NCBI GenBank assembly: GCA_902633975.1
Contig: CACPHX010000001.1
Span: 46,572-110,571 of the forward strand
Reading direction: 5' to 3'
Source of the DNA: an uncultured Marinoscillum sp.
GTDB taxonomy: Bacteria > Bacteroidota > Bacteroidia > Cytophagales > MED-G16
DNA length: 64,000 nucleotides
Shown: positions 50,251 to 58,033 of the stretch, one piece after another
Numbering within the stretch: position 1 is the first letter of the stretch
Layout: every line of letters begins with the position of its first letter
The notes under the pieces: generated by a model
What the model saw: the letters and a program-made list of their open reading frames with translations, nothing else
Told to the model about the DNA's origin: nothing
The model's database searches: none
Made by a program: the position numbers and the translations under genes

Positions 50251-50793
50251 ATGAAAAAAATATTGTTAACATATTTTTCGATTTTTATTCTTTTTGCCTG
50301 TGGAGGTCCAACTCAACAACAACAAGAGGTAATAAATGCTCAAGCTCAGCTTGAAAAAGACCTTGAAATGTATAGATATGTTTGGGGAGAATTTTTTAAA
50401 GGAGATACATCAATTGTAAATGACAAATATTTTACTGAAGATGTTGTAATTGTAACCCCTGAAGGAAATCTTGTTGGTATAGAAGCTGTAAAGAATTTTT
50501 ATTTAAATTATTTCATTGGATTTTCTGACATAGAATTTACAATTGTTGATGCTTTTGGCCAGGGTGATAAAATCGTTAAATATTTTAATTTTAAAGGCAC
50601 ACATACTGGTGATTTTTTTGGTTTACCAGCTTCAGGTAATAAATTAAATCTCTCTGGAACCACATTAGTTAAAATTGAAAACGGAAGAGTATCAAGGGAG
50701 CAAGATTTTTTTGATTATGCATCTTTGATGAGCCAACTTCAACAAAATACAGGAGAAGTAACTATTGATTCACAGAGTCAAGGAGTATTATAA
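50251..50793 (+). CDS. SnoaL/ester-cyclase-like (NTF2-fold) lipoprotein
   Basis: Lipobox LFACGG and the ...FKGTHTGDFFGLPASGNKLNLSGTTLVKIENGRV.. pattern of SnoaL-like cyclases. Confidence 0.6.
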   Translation: MKKILLTYFSIFILFACGGPTQQQQEVINAQAQLEKDLEMYRYVWGEFFKGDTSIVNDKYFTEDVVIVTPEGNLVGIEAVKNFYLNYFIGFSDIEFTIVDAFGQGDKIVKYFNFKGTHTGDFFGLPASGNKLNLSGTTLVKIENGRVSREQDFFDYASLMSQLQQNTGEVTIDSQSQGVL

Positions 50794-51513
50794 TTAATTT
50801 AATACTAAATTAATTTCTCTTTCTAAATCCTCTAGACTTAATATATAAAGTCTTAAGAAGCTTAACTTATAATCAAGATATCTCTTTACCATTATAAAGT
50901 TAGCTTTTAGCTTTTTGTCACTTTTTATAGATTTAGATAATATATCTATATATTTTTTCATTGATACCGAGCTATCATCTCTAGCCAAAATTATCTCTGG
51001 ATGATTTTGAGAAATGAAAGGAAGAAAACTTTGTTTTAGCTGTTTCTCATACTCAACCGTTGTTTCAACATATGAAAATGAGGTGTTATGTAACCTGCTT
51101 AATATCTCTTTAATTTTATTAGATTTTACATATTTTAAATCTCCAGAATTAATAATAGAGTAGTATCTGTTCATTGGTGGATCAAAAACTCTATAAATAA
51201 CTAAAAAAGTTTCTATTCTGGATTTTGCTGTTGTAATTTTTAGAATTGAATCAGTGTCAACGATCCCCCCTCTTGGTAAAATCAATTCATTAAGAAGTCT
51301 GAGATCTGTCATCCAGGTTTTTTCACGTTCATAGGTATAATCCCTAATCTCATTTATCTCCATTTTTAAACTAGTTAAAACTTTAAATCTTTCAACTTCA
51401 TTCTGATTATCTATTGATAATTCATTAAGCCAGAACGATACACTTATACCTAAAACGATAACAACAAACTCGAAAGAATATTTAATGATATATTTTTTAT
51501 TAATTTTGATCAT
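50794..51513 (-). CDS. Hypothetical membrane-anchored protein (DUF6090-like)
   Basis: N-terminal KYIIKYSFEFVVIVLGISVSFWLNE anchor. No catalytic motif was recognised. Confidence 0.35.
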   Translation of the reverse strand: MIKINKKYIIKYSFEFVVIVLGISVSFWLNELSIDNQNEVERFKVLTSLKMEINEIRDYTYEREKTWMTDLRLLNELILPRGGIVDTDSILKITTAKSRIETFLVIYRVFDPPMNRYYSIINSGDLKYVKSNKIKEILSRLHNTSFSYVETTVEYEKQLKQSFLPFISQNHPEIILARDDSSVSMKKYIDILSKSIKSDKKLKANFIMVKRYLDYKLSFLRLYILSLEDLEREINLVLN

Positions 51514-51534
51514 TATTTAAAATCACTGTTAATC

Positions 51535-52713
51535 ATGATAAGATACTTAAATATTTTGATTTTTTTCTTATTTCTTTCCTCGTGCTCTGAGGAAGAAATT
51601 GTACTTGATACAGTTAATGAGGAAGAAGATACTGTTGAGGATATTGATGAGCAAACTGAGGATATTGATGAGGAGGAGGATAGTGATTTTATTAAAGATA
51701 TATTGAAAGCAAAAGGATATGATTTAGATAAATTTTATGTAGGAGCTACCCTTAATACTCAACAGTTAAATACTAATGTAGAAAATGCCTTCCTTAAAGA
51801 GTTTTCATATTCAACTGTTGAGAATAGTGCAAAGCAAAGTATAGTACATCCTGAGCCTGATGTTTGGAAGTGGGAAAGATTAGATAGTTATTTACTCTTT
51901 GCTCAAAGAAATAATATTTCAATAAGAATTCATGGTCCGGTTGGTCCTCAAAGTTCTAAATGGGCTAAAAATGATTCAAGAACTCCAAATGAACTTTTAG
52001 AGAACATGACAGAATATATGACGAATCTTTCACAAAGAATAAATCCAGTTAATTCTGTAAAGTGGATGGATGTTGTCAATGAAACAATTACAACTGATGG
52101 GAAATGGTTTGGTGAAAGACCAGGAGATGATTTGTGGGAGAACCCATGGAAACAGATCGGGATGAACGATGATAATGTTCCAATTTACATATTGAAATCT
52201 TTTGAAATTGCCAACCTGTACGCTAAAAATGTAAAGCTAATTTTTAATCAGCATGGAGGTATGGAAGAAATAATGTGGGAAAAAGTTAAGGAAACTATAA
52301 TTTACTTGAGGAATAAAGGTTATAGAATTGATGGATTGGGCTGGCAAGGTCATCTAAAAGACAACAAAAAATTATCATTGAGTGAAGATCATCTTAACTA
52401 TTTATCGGAATTGATTGACTGGGCACATGAAAATAATTTAGAGTTTCATGTAACTGAAATCGATTATGCTTTATATGATGATCCTCCTTCAACTACCTCT
52501 CTTGACAGACAAGCTAACGGATATTCGAATATACTTAAGCTTTTGATTAATAAAATGAATAATGGTGTTGTTACGTTTAACACGTGGGGTATGGTTGATA
52601 AGACAAATCAGTACAAGTTTATTTTTGATAAGAATTTAAATCCAAAACCGGCTCTTATAAAGCTTAGAGAAACATTAAAAAATAAAAGTACGGATCTTGT
52701 AATCCTTGACTAA
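51535..52713 (+). CDS. Glycoside hydrolase family 10-like lipoprotein with an acidic linker
   Basis: Lipobox LSSCSE and acidic linker EEDTVEDIDEQTEDIDEEEDSD. WMDVVNETI is the GH10 acid/base NE, and FHVTEIDY is the nucleophile (TE.D). Confidence 0.7.
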   Translation: MIRYLNILIFFLFLSSCSEEEIVLDTVNEEEDTVEDIDEQTEDIDEEEDSDFIKDILKAKGYDLDKFYVGATLNTQQLNTNVENAFLKEFSYSTVENSAKQSIVHPEPDVWKWERLDSYLLFAQRNNISIRIHGPVGPQSSKWAKNDSRTPNELLENMTEYMTNLSQRINPVNSVKWMDVVNETITTDGKWFGERPGDDLWENPWKQIGMNDDNVPIYILKSFEIANLYAKNVKLIFNQHGGMEEIMWEKVKETIIYLRNKGYRIDGLGWQGHLKDNKKLSLSEDHLNYLSELIDWAHENNLEFHVTEIDYALYDDPPSTTSLDRQANGYSNILKLLINKMNNGVVTFNTWGMVDKTNQYKFIFDKNLNPKPALIKLRETLKNKSTDLVILD

Positions 52714-53141
52714 TGAAGAAAATATGTTATTTAATTATTATATGTTTTTTTTCAATTTCTGATTCTGTATCACAAAACTTATCAAAAAGAGATAGCATTA
52801 AGCTAAAAAAAATAAATATAGATTTAAATAATATTAGTGTGAAAGATCAATTTCAACTTGAGAATATTTTGTATTTTGACAGGAGAATAAAAGTAAATAA
52901 AGCGTTTAATATTATTCTCCAAGTATTTGCAGCTCCATATATATCGTTGGGAGTTATTTCCCTTGCAACCGTAGGAAGAACTGATCCGACTTGGAGGGGT
53001 CTAAATGTTGTTGCTGGAGTAATTGGTTTTCTAGTGGGAGGATCAATTTATGGTATTTCAAGACCATTTAAGAAAGGGATTATGAGAAATAAAATTTTGA
53101 GAGATAGGCTTATTCATAAATTATCTAGAGGAGGTGATTAA
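52713..53141 (+). CDS. Hypothetical protein with signal peptide and two C-terminal TM segments
   Basis: 142 aa. No recognised motif. ATGA-type overlap with the preceding gene. Confidence 0.4.
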   Translation: MKKICYLIIICFFSISDSVSQNLSKRDSIKLKKINIDLNNISVKDQFQLENILYFDRRIKVNKAFNIILQVFAAPYISLGVISLATVGRTDPTWRGLNVVAGVIGFLVGGSIYGISRPFKKGIMRNKILRDRLIHKLSRGGD

Positions 53142-53247
53142 TTAAAGTTTCGATTAATTAAAACATATTTAATTTTAATTTCTTAGATTTTATTCATAAC
53201 CATTTTAATAATTTTTAAAATCTACATCTTTTTTTTATTTTAGTAAA

Positions 53248-53313
53248 ATGAATTGTGATTGTAAAGTATGTGATTGTAAAGAATCTTGCAGTTGTTCTTG
53301 CTGTGATTACTAG
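53248..53313 (+). CDS. Unannotated 21-aa cysteine-rich peptide (metallothionein-like mini-ORF)
   Basis: Hand translation: ATG AAT TGT GAT TGT AAA GTA TGT GAT TGT AAA GAA TCT TGC AGT TGT TCT TGC TGT GAT TAC TAG = MNCDCKVCDCKESCSCSCCDY. It lies 28 nt upstream of the MerC-like gene on the same strand. The near-consensus -7 box TATTTTAG is at 53237-53244. Confidence 0.35.
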   Translation: MNCDCKVCDCKESCSCSCCDY

Positions 53314-53341
53314 TTCTTAAAATAAATATTGTTTATGTGTT

Positions 53342-53713
53342 ATGAGAATATCGATTGAAAAGCCAGATAATTATGGTGTAGCCTTTAGTTCTCTCTGTAT
53401 GCTTCACTGCTATTTAACTCCTTTTTTATTCCTTACGCAAGGCCATTTATCATTTGTGCCTGGATGGTGGCAAAGTCTCAATTTTTTATTCCTTGCTTTA
53501 TCCTTCCTTGCAATCTGTTTCTCAGTAAAAAATTCAACTAGTTTGGTCGTTAAATTTTTATTATTCACTTTTTGGTTTGCATTGGCATTTCTTCTAATTA
53601 GTGAGGAGTTCGAATTTTTTCATTTGCCAGAGGCAATGACATATGCTGCAGGATTTTCCCTTGCTTTCTTACACATATATAACAAGAAATATTGTAATTG
53701 TAATGAAGGTTAG
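53342..53713 (+). CDS. MerC-domain membrane protein (putative metal-ion transporter, not in a mer operon)
   Basis: 123 aa, four TM segments, N-terminal SSLCMLHC motif in TM1 and a C-terminal cytoplasmic CNCNEG tail. Confidence 0.65.
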   Translation: MRISIEKPDNYGVAFSSLCMLHCYLTPFLFLTQGHLSFVPGWWQSLNFLFLALSFLAICFSVKNSTSLVVKFLLFTFWFALAFLLISEEFEFFHLPEAMTYAAGFSLAFLHIYNKKYCNCNEG

Positions 53714-53750
53714 TGCTGCGTAGACTAATAAATATTCTAGCAAATATTCA

Positions 53751-54194
53751 CTAAATCCATCTCCTAGTTTTCTTCTTGTATGATAAATATTCATTACCAA
53801 ATTTTTCTGTAAGAAATTCCTCTTCTCTTTTGATTTGAAATTTATTTATCCATAGCACAAATAAGATAGGGGTTAGTATAGAGTAAATATTTAAATAAAA
53901 TATTGACGTGGATAAAATAATCATCAACATACCCAGGTACATAGGATTTCTTGAATATTTAAATATCCCTGAGGTTACTAGTTTATTGACTTCCTCGAAC
54001 TGGATTGGATTAACAGTTGTTTTTGATTTTATGAATTGCAGCACTGGATTTAGAAAAATGAGTATTCCAACAGAAAGTATAAAAATTGATATTTCCAGTT
54101 GCAATGGTATATTGATTAGATCAATTTTTTTTGATGAAAAATAAATGGAAATAATTAAGACTAAAACTATAAGTGGGGGAGGTATTTTTATCAT
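53751..54194 (-). CDS. Isoprenylcysteine carboxyl methyltransferase (ICMT)/phospholipid methyltransferase-family membrane protein
   Basis: Multi-TM with GIFKYSRNPMYLG and a C-terminal EEEFLTEKFGNEY motif. Confidence 0.75.
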   Translation of the reverse strand: MIKIPPPLIVLVLIISIYFSSKKIDLINIPLQLEISIFILSVGILIFLNPVLQFIKSKTTVNPIQFEEVNKLVTSGIFKYSRNPMYLGMLMIILSTSIFYLNIYSILTPILFVLWINKFQIKREEEFLTEKFGNEYLSYKKKTRRWI

Positions 54195-54256
54195 TATTTA
54201 TATATTTTAATTATTAGATATGGGTAATATTAACCGCAGGTTTCATACGTATTTTT

Positions 54257-54643
54257 TCAATTTTTTTTAAGATCTTTAAATACTTTAAACTCTTTTTCAC
54301 CAAAATACATCTTGCTTACTAGTAGTATTACTTCATCAGTTAAATCTTGTGCATTTTTAGATGATAGATTAAATTTAGTACCATCCATGCTAATTAACTG
54401 ATTTTTTTCTGAATTTAAATCAATTGAGGTATAAAAATGATACCTAATAACGTAATCAAGGGTTAAATTGGTATTATTATAATATTGTTGAAACAAAGAT
54501 TTATCAGAAATTGTTGTTTTTAAAACTCTATATGGTTTTGAAAAGTTATTACTAAGTCTGAGTGCAGGTAACTCTTCTTCATGATCTATTGACTGGCTAA
54601 ATGATGTTAAAGGAATAAATATTAGTAATATTAGATGTTTCAT
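54257..54643 (-). CDS. Hypothetical secreted protein
   Basis: Signal peptide MKHLILLIFIPLTSFSQ. No recognised domain. Confidence 0.4.
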   Translation of the reverse strand: MKHLILLIFIPLTSFSQSIDHEEELPALRLSNNFSKPYRVLKTTISDKSLFQQYYNNTNLTLDYVIRYHFYTSIDLNSEKNQLISMDGTKFNLSSKNAQDLTDEVILLVSKMYFGEKEFKVFKDLKKN

Positions 54644-54745
54644 AAAAACAAAAATAATAAATCACCTCACTTTAAAAATCTTTAAATAATTGAAAAAGAT
54701 CGATTAATCAAAGAAATCTGATATGTGTTAAGGTTTTAACTTTAT

Positions 54746-55987
54746 TTAATCAATAAATTTATATGTTGCTGTTTGAAAATCTTTTAAAATACCAAAATCA
54801 GGTTCTATTGAATTTGACATAAATAAACCATATAATTTATTTGTAGGATCAATCCAAAACCATGTATTGTGATATCCTGACCATCCGTATATTCCATTGG
54901 GAGCTCCTGAGCCCCAGGCATCACTATCCTCTAGTACACTAAAGGTAAACCCATAAGCCTGTCCCTCTAATGGAAAAACATTAGGTTCATTAGGGTCTGG
55001 ATATCCATTCGAATATTTTGAAGTCATTATTTTTATGCTTTCCTCAGATATAATTCTATTATTATTATATATACCACCGTTAACAAGCATTTCGCAAAAT
55101 TTAGAGAAATCTGACATCGTAGAAACTAAACCTTCACCACCAAAATGTGCTTTATTATTTTCATCATATGTATATCCATCTAAGGCTCCTGTATATCCTT
55201 CTAAATGAAAATCAGAATTATTGAAAGCAGTATTAGGTTTTATATTAACTCTCAATGGCTGAAACCTTTCTCTGTCATCAGCTGATAAATGAAATTTAGT
55301 GTCATTCATTTCCAGTTTGTCAAAAATGTTTTCCTTTAAATAAGAATAAAAACTCTTATTTGTAACAACCTCTATGAACCTTCCTAGGATTGCTTGATTT
55401 ATACCATAAGTATACATTGTACCTGGCTCAAAATCTAAAGGTATTTTAGAAACGAATTTCGAGTAATCATCAAGATTATTAAATCTAACTGGATTTGTAA
55501 ATGCAGGGTGTAAATCAGTGTGCAGAGATGTTACCCAATTTGCGTAATTGTTTGCATAGTATGAGTAACCGGACCTATGTGTTAACAAATGAATTACTTT
55601 TAATTTTTCCTCACAAGGATAAACTCCGTCAGATCCTTTACATTTAATATCACCATACTCAGGCAAGTAATCAGATAAATTATCATTAAGGTTGTATTTA
55701 CCCTCTTCTAACAAAATCATCATAGCAACAGTGGTTACAGTTTTGGTCATAGACCATATAGGAAATATAGTATTTTCATCAATATCTTTATCTCCCAAAG
55801 CACCAGAGTTAGCAATATTATTGTATACTATTTCTCCGTCTTTAAATACCTGTGTCACATTTGAGCCCGTGATACCTTTATCCACTAAATTTTTTTGAAA
55901 CTCTTCAATTGGATTTGTGTTTTGATTGGGACTTTTACAACTAAATGCAATTAGTATTATTGAGTAAAATAGAATAATTTTTTTCAT
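54746..55987 (-). CDS. Serine hydrolase of the beta-lactamase/transpeptidase-like (class C/esterase) family, lipoprotein
   Basis: Lipobox IAFSCKS, active-site SMTK (IWSMTKTV), and a later YSY/YAN region; 413 aa. Confidence 0.8.
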   Translation of the reverse strand: MKKIILFYSIILIAFSCKSPNQNTNPIEEFQKNLVDKGITGSNVTQVFKDGEIVYNNIANSGALGDKDIDENTIFPIWSMTKTVTTVAMMILLEEGKYNLNDNLSDYLPEYGDIKCKGSDGVYPCEEKLKVIHLLTHRSGYSYYANNYANWVTSLHTDLHPAFTNPVRFNNLDDYSKFVSKIPLDFEPGTMYTYGINQAILGRFIEVVTNKSFYSYLKENIFDKLEMNDTKFHLSADDRERFQPLRVNIKPNTAFNNSDFHLEGYTGALDGYTYDENNKAHFGGEGLVSTMSDFSKFCEMLVNGGIYNNNRIISEESIKIMTSKYSNGYPDPNEPNVFPLEGQAYGFTFSVLEDSDAWGSGAPNGIYGWSGYHNTWFWIDPTNKLYGLFMSNSIEPDFGILKDFQTATYKFID

Positions 55988-56127
55988 GCTTAAATATCTT
56001 AATGTTTATGTAAACCTAAAATAATTAAAAATATAATCAATCCGAAATGTTTAGTTTAAACTACTTATAGGGTTCATTATTCTTATATTAGATGGAGTAC
56101 AGAGGTGTATATATTAAAAGAAAAAAA

Positions 56128-56176
56128 TGGTGGAAGACCGGACTTGAACTGGCGACCTCCAGAACCAAAATCAGAA
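56128..56176 (-). repeat. Diverged copy (A) of a tRNA 3' half, anticodon-loop equivalent to 3' end
   Basis: The reverse complement tctgattttggttctggaggtcgccagttcaagtccggtcttccacca aligns with the 3' half of the tRNA-His gene at 58111-58157. It has several substitutions, including TTG in place of GTG. Confidence 0.7.
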
Positions 56177-56220
56177 CTGTTAAAGAAGTTTTCATATTCT
56201 TTGATTAATCAAGTTTAGAC

Positions 56221-56740
56221 TTATCTTCTTTTATATGGATATTGCCCAATCCAATTTCCTGCTGGATAATATCTAGCTACTACATATACAACCCCATTGT
56301 TTTTTACTGATGCAATTCCAACTTCTTTAGTATCATCCCAAACCATCTGAGTATAATGTCCAACCATTTTAGTGCTGAATCTAAACTTACGTATTTTCGA
56401 ATATTTATAATCTTTTTTTTTCTTCATACCAAGCTATCGAAGCATCATATAACGGGTAATCTGAATATGTATATGTAATGTTTTTTCTAGAACTCCATTC
56501 CCAGGATGATTCCTTATATAAATTTTCTCCACTTTTGGTTTTGCTATGTTTAAATTTATTATTCTTAGCAAGAAATCTGGCATAATTCAGGGCTTGTTTT
56601 TCTAGTTTTTTAGACCAAACTAATGGCGCAACTCCAACTAGTTTTCTCGCTTTATTATGAATTTCTAGTGCCTTTTTTTTATCATTTTCTTGTGAAAACG
56701 TGATAAAAGGAAGAAGAAATGATAATAATATAATTTTCAA
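56221..56740 (-). pseudogene. CAP/SCP/PR-1-domain secreted protein, split by a +1 frameshift in an A9 run
   Basis: ORFs 56405..56740 (signal peptide + ALEIHNKARK...WYEEKK) and 56221..56427 (...GHYTQMVWDDTKEVG...YVVARYYPAGN) are the two halves of one CAP domain. Removing one A from the run at 56413-56421 fuses them. Confidence 0.8.
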
Positions 56741-56876
56741 AATGTAATATTTAAATCTCTAACGTAAATAAGTTTAAAACATTGTTCATTGAACCAACCT
56801 TAAAGGCCTCAAAAGATTGATTAATCAATAACTGTAAAATAACTGTCAGAATTATTTATATTGTAGAAGAAAAAAC

Positions 56877-56944
56877 TGCAAGCATTGTAAGAAAAAAGGG
56901 TGGAAGATCGGACTAGAACCGGCGACCTCCTGAACCACAATCAG
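56877..56944 (-). repeat. Copy (B) of the tRNA-His 3' half plus 21 nt of its downstream flank
   Basis: 66/68 identical to 58090-58157 by direct comparison. The two substitutions fall in the T loop and T stem. A weaker similarity extends to 56811 (versus 58024). Confidence 0.85.
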
Positions 56945-56953
56945 AAAAACAAT

Positions 56954-57009
56954 ATGTTAAGTTTGCTTAACATAATTAATTTCCTATATTTGTAAAGTTA
57001 ACTTAACAT
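56954..57009 (+). promoter_or_regulatory. Candidate promoter (TTTG-N19-TATATTTG) with an overlapping palindromic operator for the 57019-58033 cassette
   Basis: The inverted repeat ATGTTAAG (56954-61) / CTTAACAT (56966-73) brackets the -33 TTTG (56962-65). The -7 box TATATTTG is at 56985-92. A third half-site, CTTAACAT, lies at 57002-09, just before the ATG at 57019. Confidence 0.45.
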
Positions 57010-57018
57010 TTAATATTT

Positions 57019-57378
57019 ATGAAAACTAAAATTTTAAGAATTATGGGTTTACTTGTAGGAATTATTGCATCGTTAATTATTGAGCTTTTTTATCAAGGAG
57101 GTGTACTTTTTATGTCTATCATAACAATTCTATTAATAGGCACTATTGTTAGTTATTTTAAGTATCCAGAGAAAATTAAACTGTTTGGTAATATGTCATT
57201 AGCTGTTGGTATTCTCGGGTCATTTATAGGTCTTTATACAGCTTTTGAATTTATTCAACAAGCTGGAAATGTATCACCAGCTATCTTAGCAGGTGGGCTT
57301 AAGGTGGCTTTTACAACAACTATGTATGGTCTTATTGTTTATATTTTTTCATTAGGCTTGAACTTAGTTAAAGGATAA
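57019..57378 (+). CDS. Small MotA/TolQ/ExbB-like proton-channel-family membrane protein (119 aa, three TM)
   Basis: The C-terminal SPAILAGGLKVAFTTTMYGLIVYIFSL resembles the conserved MotA/ExbB channel helix pair. There is no ExbD/TonB/MotB partner nearby. Confidence 0.55.
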   Translation: MKTKILRIMGLLVGIIASLIIELFYQGGVLFMSIITILLIGTIVSYFKYPEKIKLFGNMSLAVGILGSFIGLYTAFEFIQQAGNVSPAILAGGLKVAFTTTMYGLIVYIFSLGLNLVKG

Positions 57379-57387
57379 AATTTTAAT

Positions 57388-57828
57388 ATGAATTTTTCGA
57401 AAAAAGAATTATCAATTTTAATTGAAATTGTATTTAGTATTTTATTTGCAATTTTTTTCTTACCATATTTTTATGATAACAGATTTGAAACATATGATTT
57501 AAATAAATCTGTAAATAAGCTAATTCAAATAACTATTTTTTCAATAATATATTTTTCATTAGCGTATACATTACTTGAAATTTTTATTAAGAAAAAATTA
57601 ATTAATGATGAAAGGGACATTCTCATCGATTTAAAATCATATAAACTCGGATATATTTTATATGAAATCAGTTTATGTTTATTTATTGGAGTTATTTTGT
57701 CAGTTGCGATATTTGACAGCCAAATGTATCAAAACAGCGGGGGATTAGTTTTTATGATTGTGCTATGGTTAGTATTAGTATCATTTATTAAATCTGCATA
57801 TCAACTCTATTTGTATAGAACATCATAG
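57388..57828 (+). CDS. Four-TM membrane protein of unknown function (DUF2975/DUF2178-like partner of small XRE regulators)
   Basis: 146 aa, four hydrophobic helices and a central NDERDILI motif. The family name is from memory of the recurrent membrane-protein + 67-aa HTH gene pair. Confidence 0.4.
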   Translation: MNFSKKELSILIEIVFSILFAIFFLPYFYDNRFETYDLNKSVNKLIQITIFSIIYFSLAYTLLEIFIKKKLINDERDILIDLKSYKLGYILYEISLCLFIGVILSVAIFDSQMYQNSGGLVFMIVLWLVLVSFIKSAYQLYLYRTS

Positions 57829-57829
57829 T

Positions 57830-58033
57830 ATGGTATTAAAAAATATTTTGAAAGAAGTTCGTCAGAAAAAAAAACTAACTCAGGAAGAACTTGGAGATTC
57901 AGTCGGTGTAAGTAGGCAGACAATAATATCTATTGAAACTTATAGGTATAAACCAACTTTAGAATTAGCAATGAAACTTTCAATGAAATTAAATTGTAAA
58001 ATTGATAAGTTATTTTATTTTGAAAAAGATTGA
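57830..58033 (+). CDS. XRE/Cro-C1-family helix-turn-helix transcriptional regulator (67 aa)
   Basis: LTQEELGDSVGVSRQTIISIETYRYKPTLELAMKLS is a canonical HTH_3-type motif. It starts 2 nt after the preceding gene. Confidence 0.85.
   Translation: MVLKNILKEVRQKKKLTQEELGDSVGVSRQTIISIETYRYKPTLELAMKLSMKLNCKIDKLFYFEKD

Noticed and set aside
53342-53713. MerC-like gene as evidence of a mercury-resistance (mer) operon
   Set aside because: No merR, merA, merP, merT or merB is present in the window. Only the MerC-fold membrane protein is there, so the substrate is unknown.
54746-55987. Beta-lactamase-family protein as an antibiotic-resistance determinant
   Set aside because: Only the generic SxxK serine-hydrolase signature is visible. 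This family is dominated by esterases, peptidases and other transpeptidase-fold enzymes. There is no basis in the sequence for a resistance claim.
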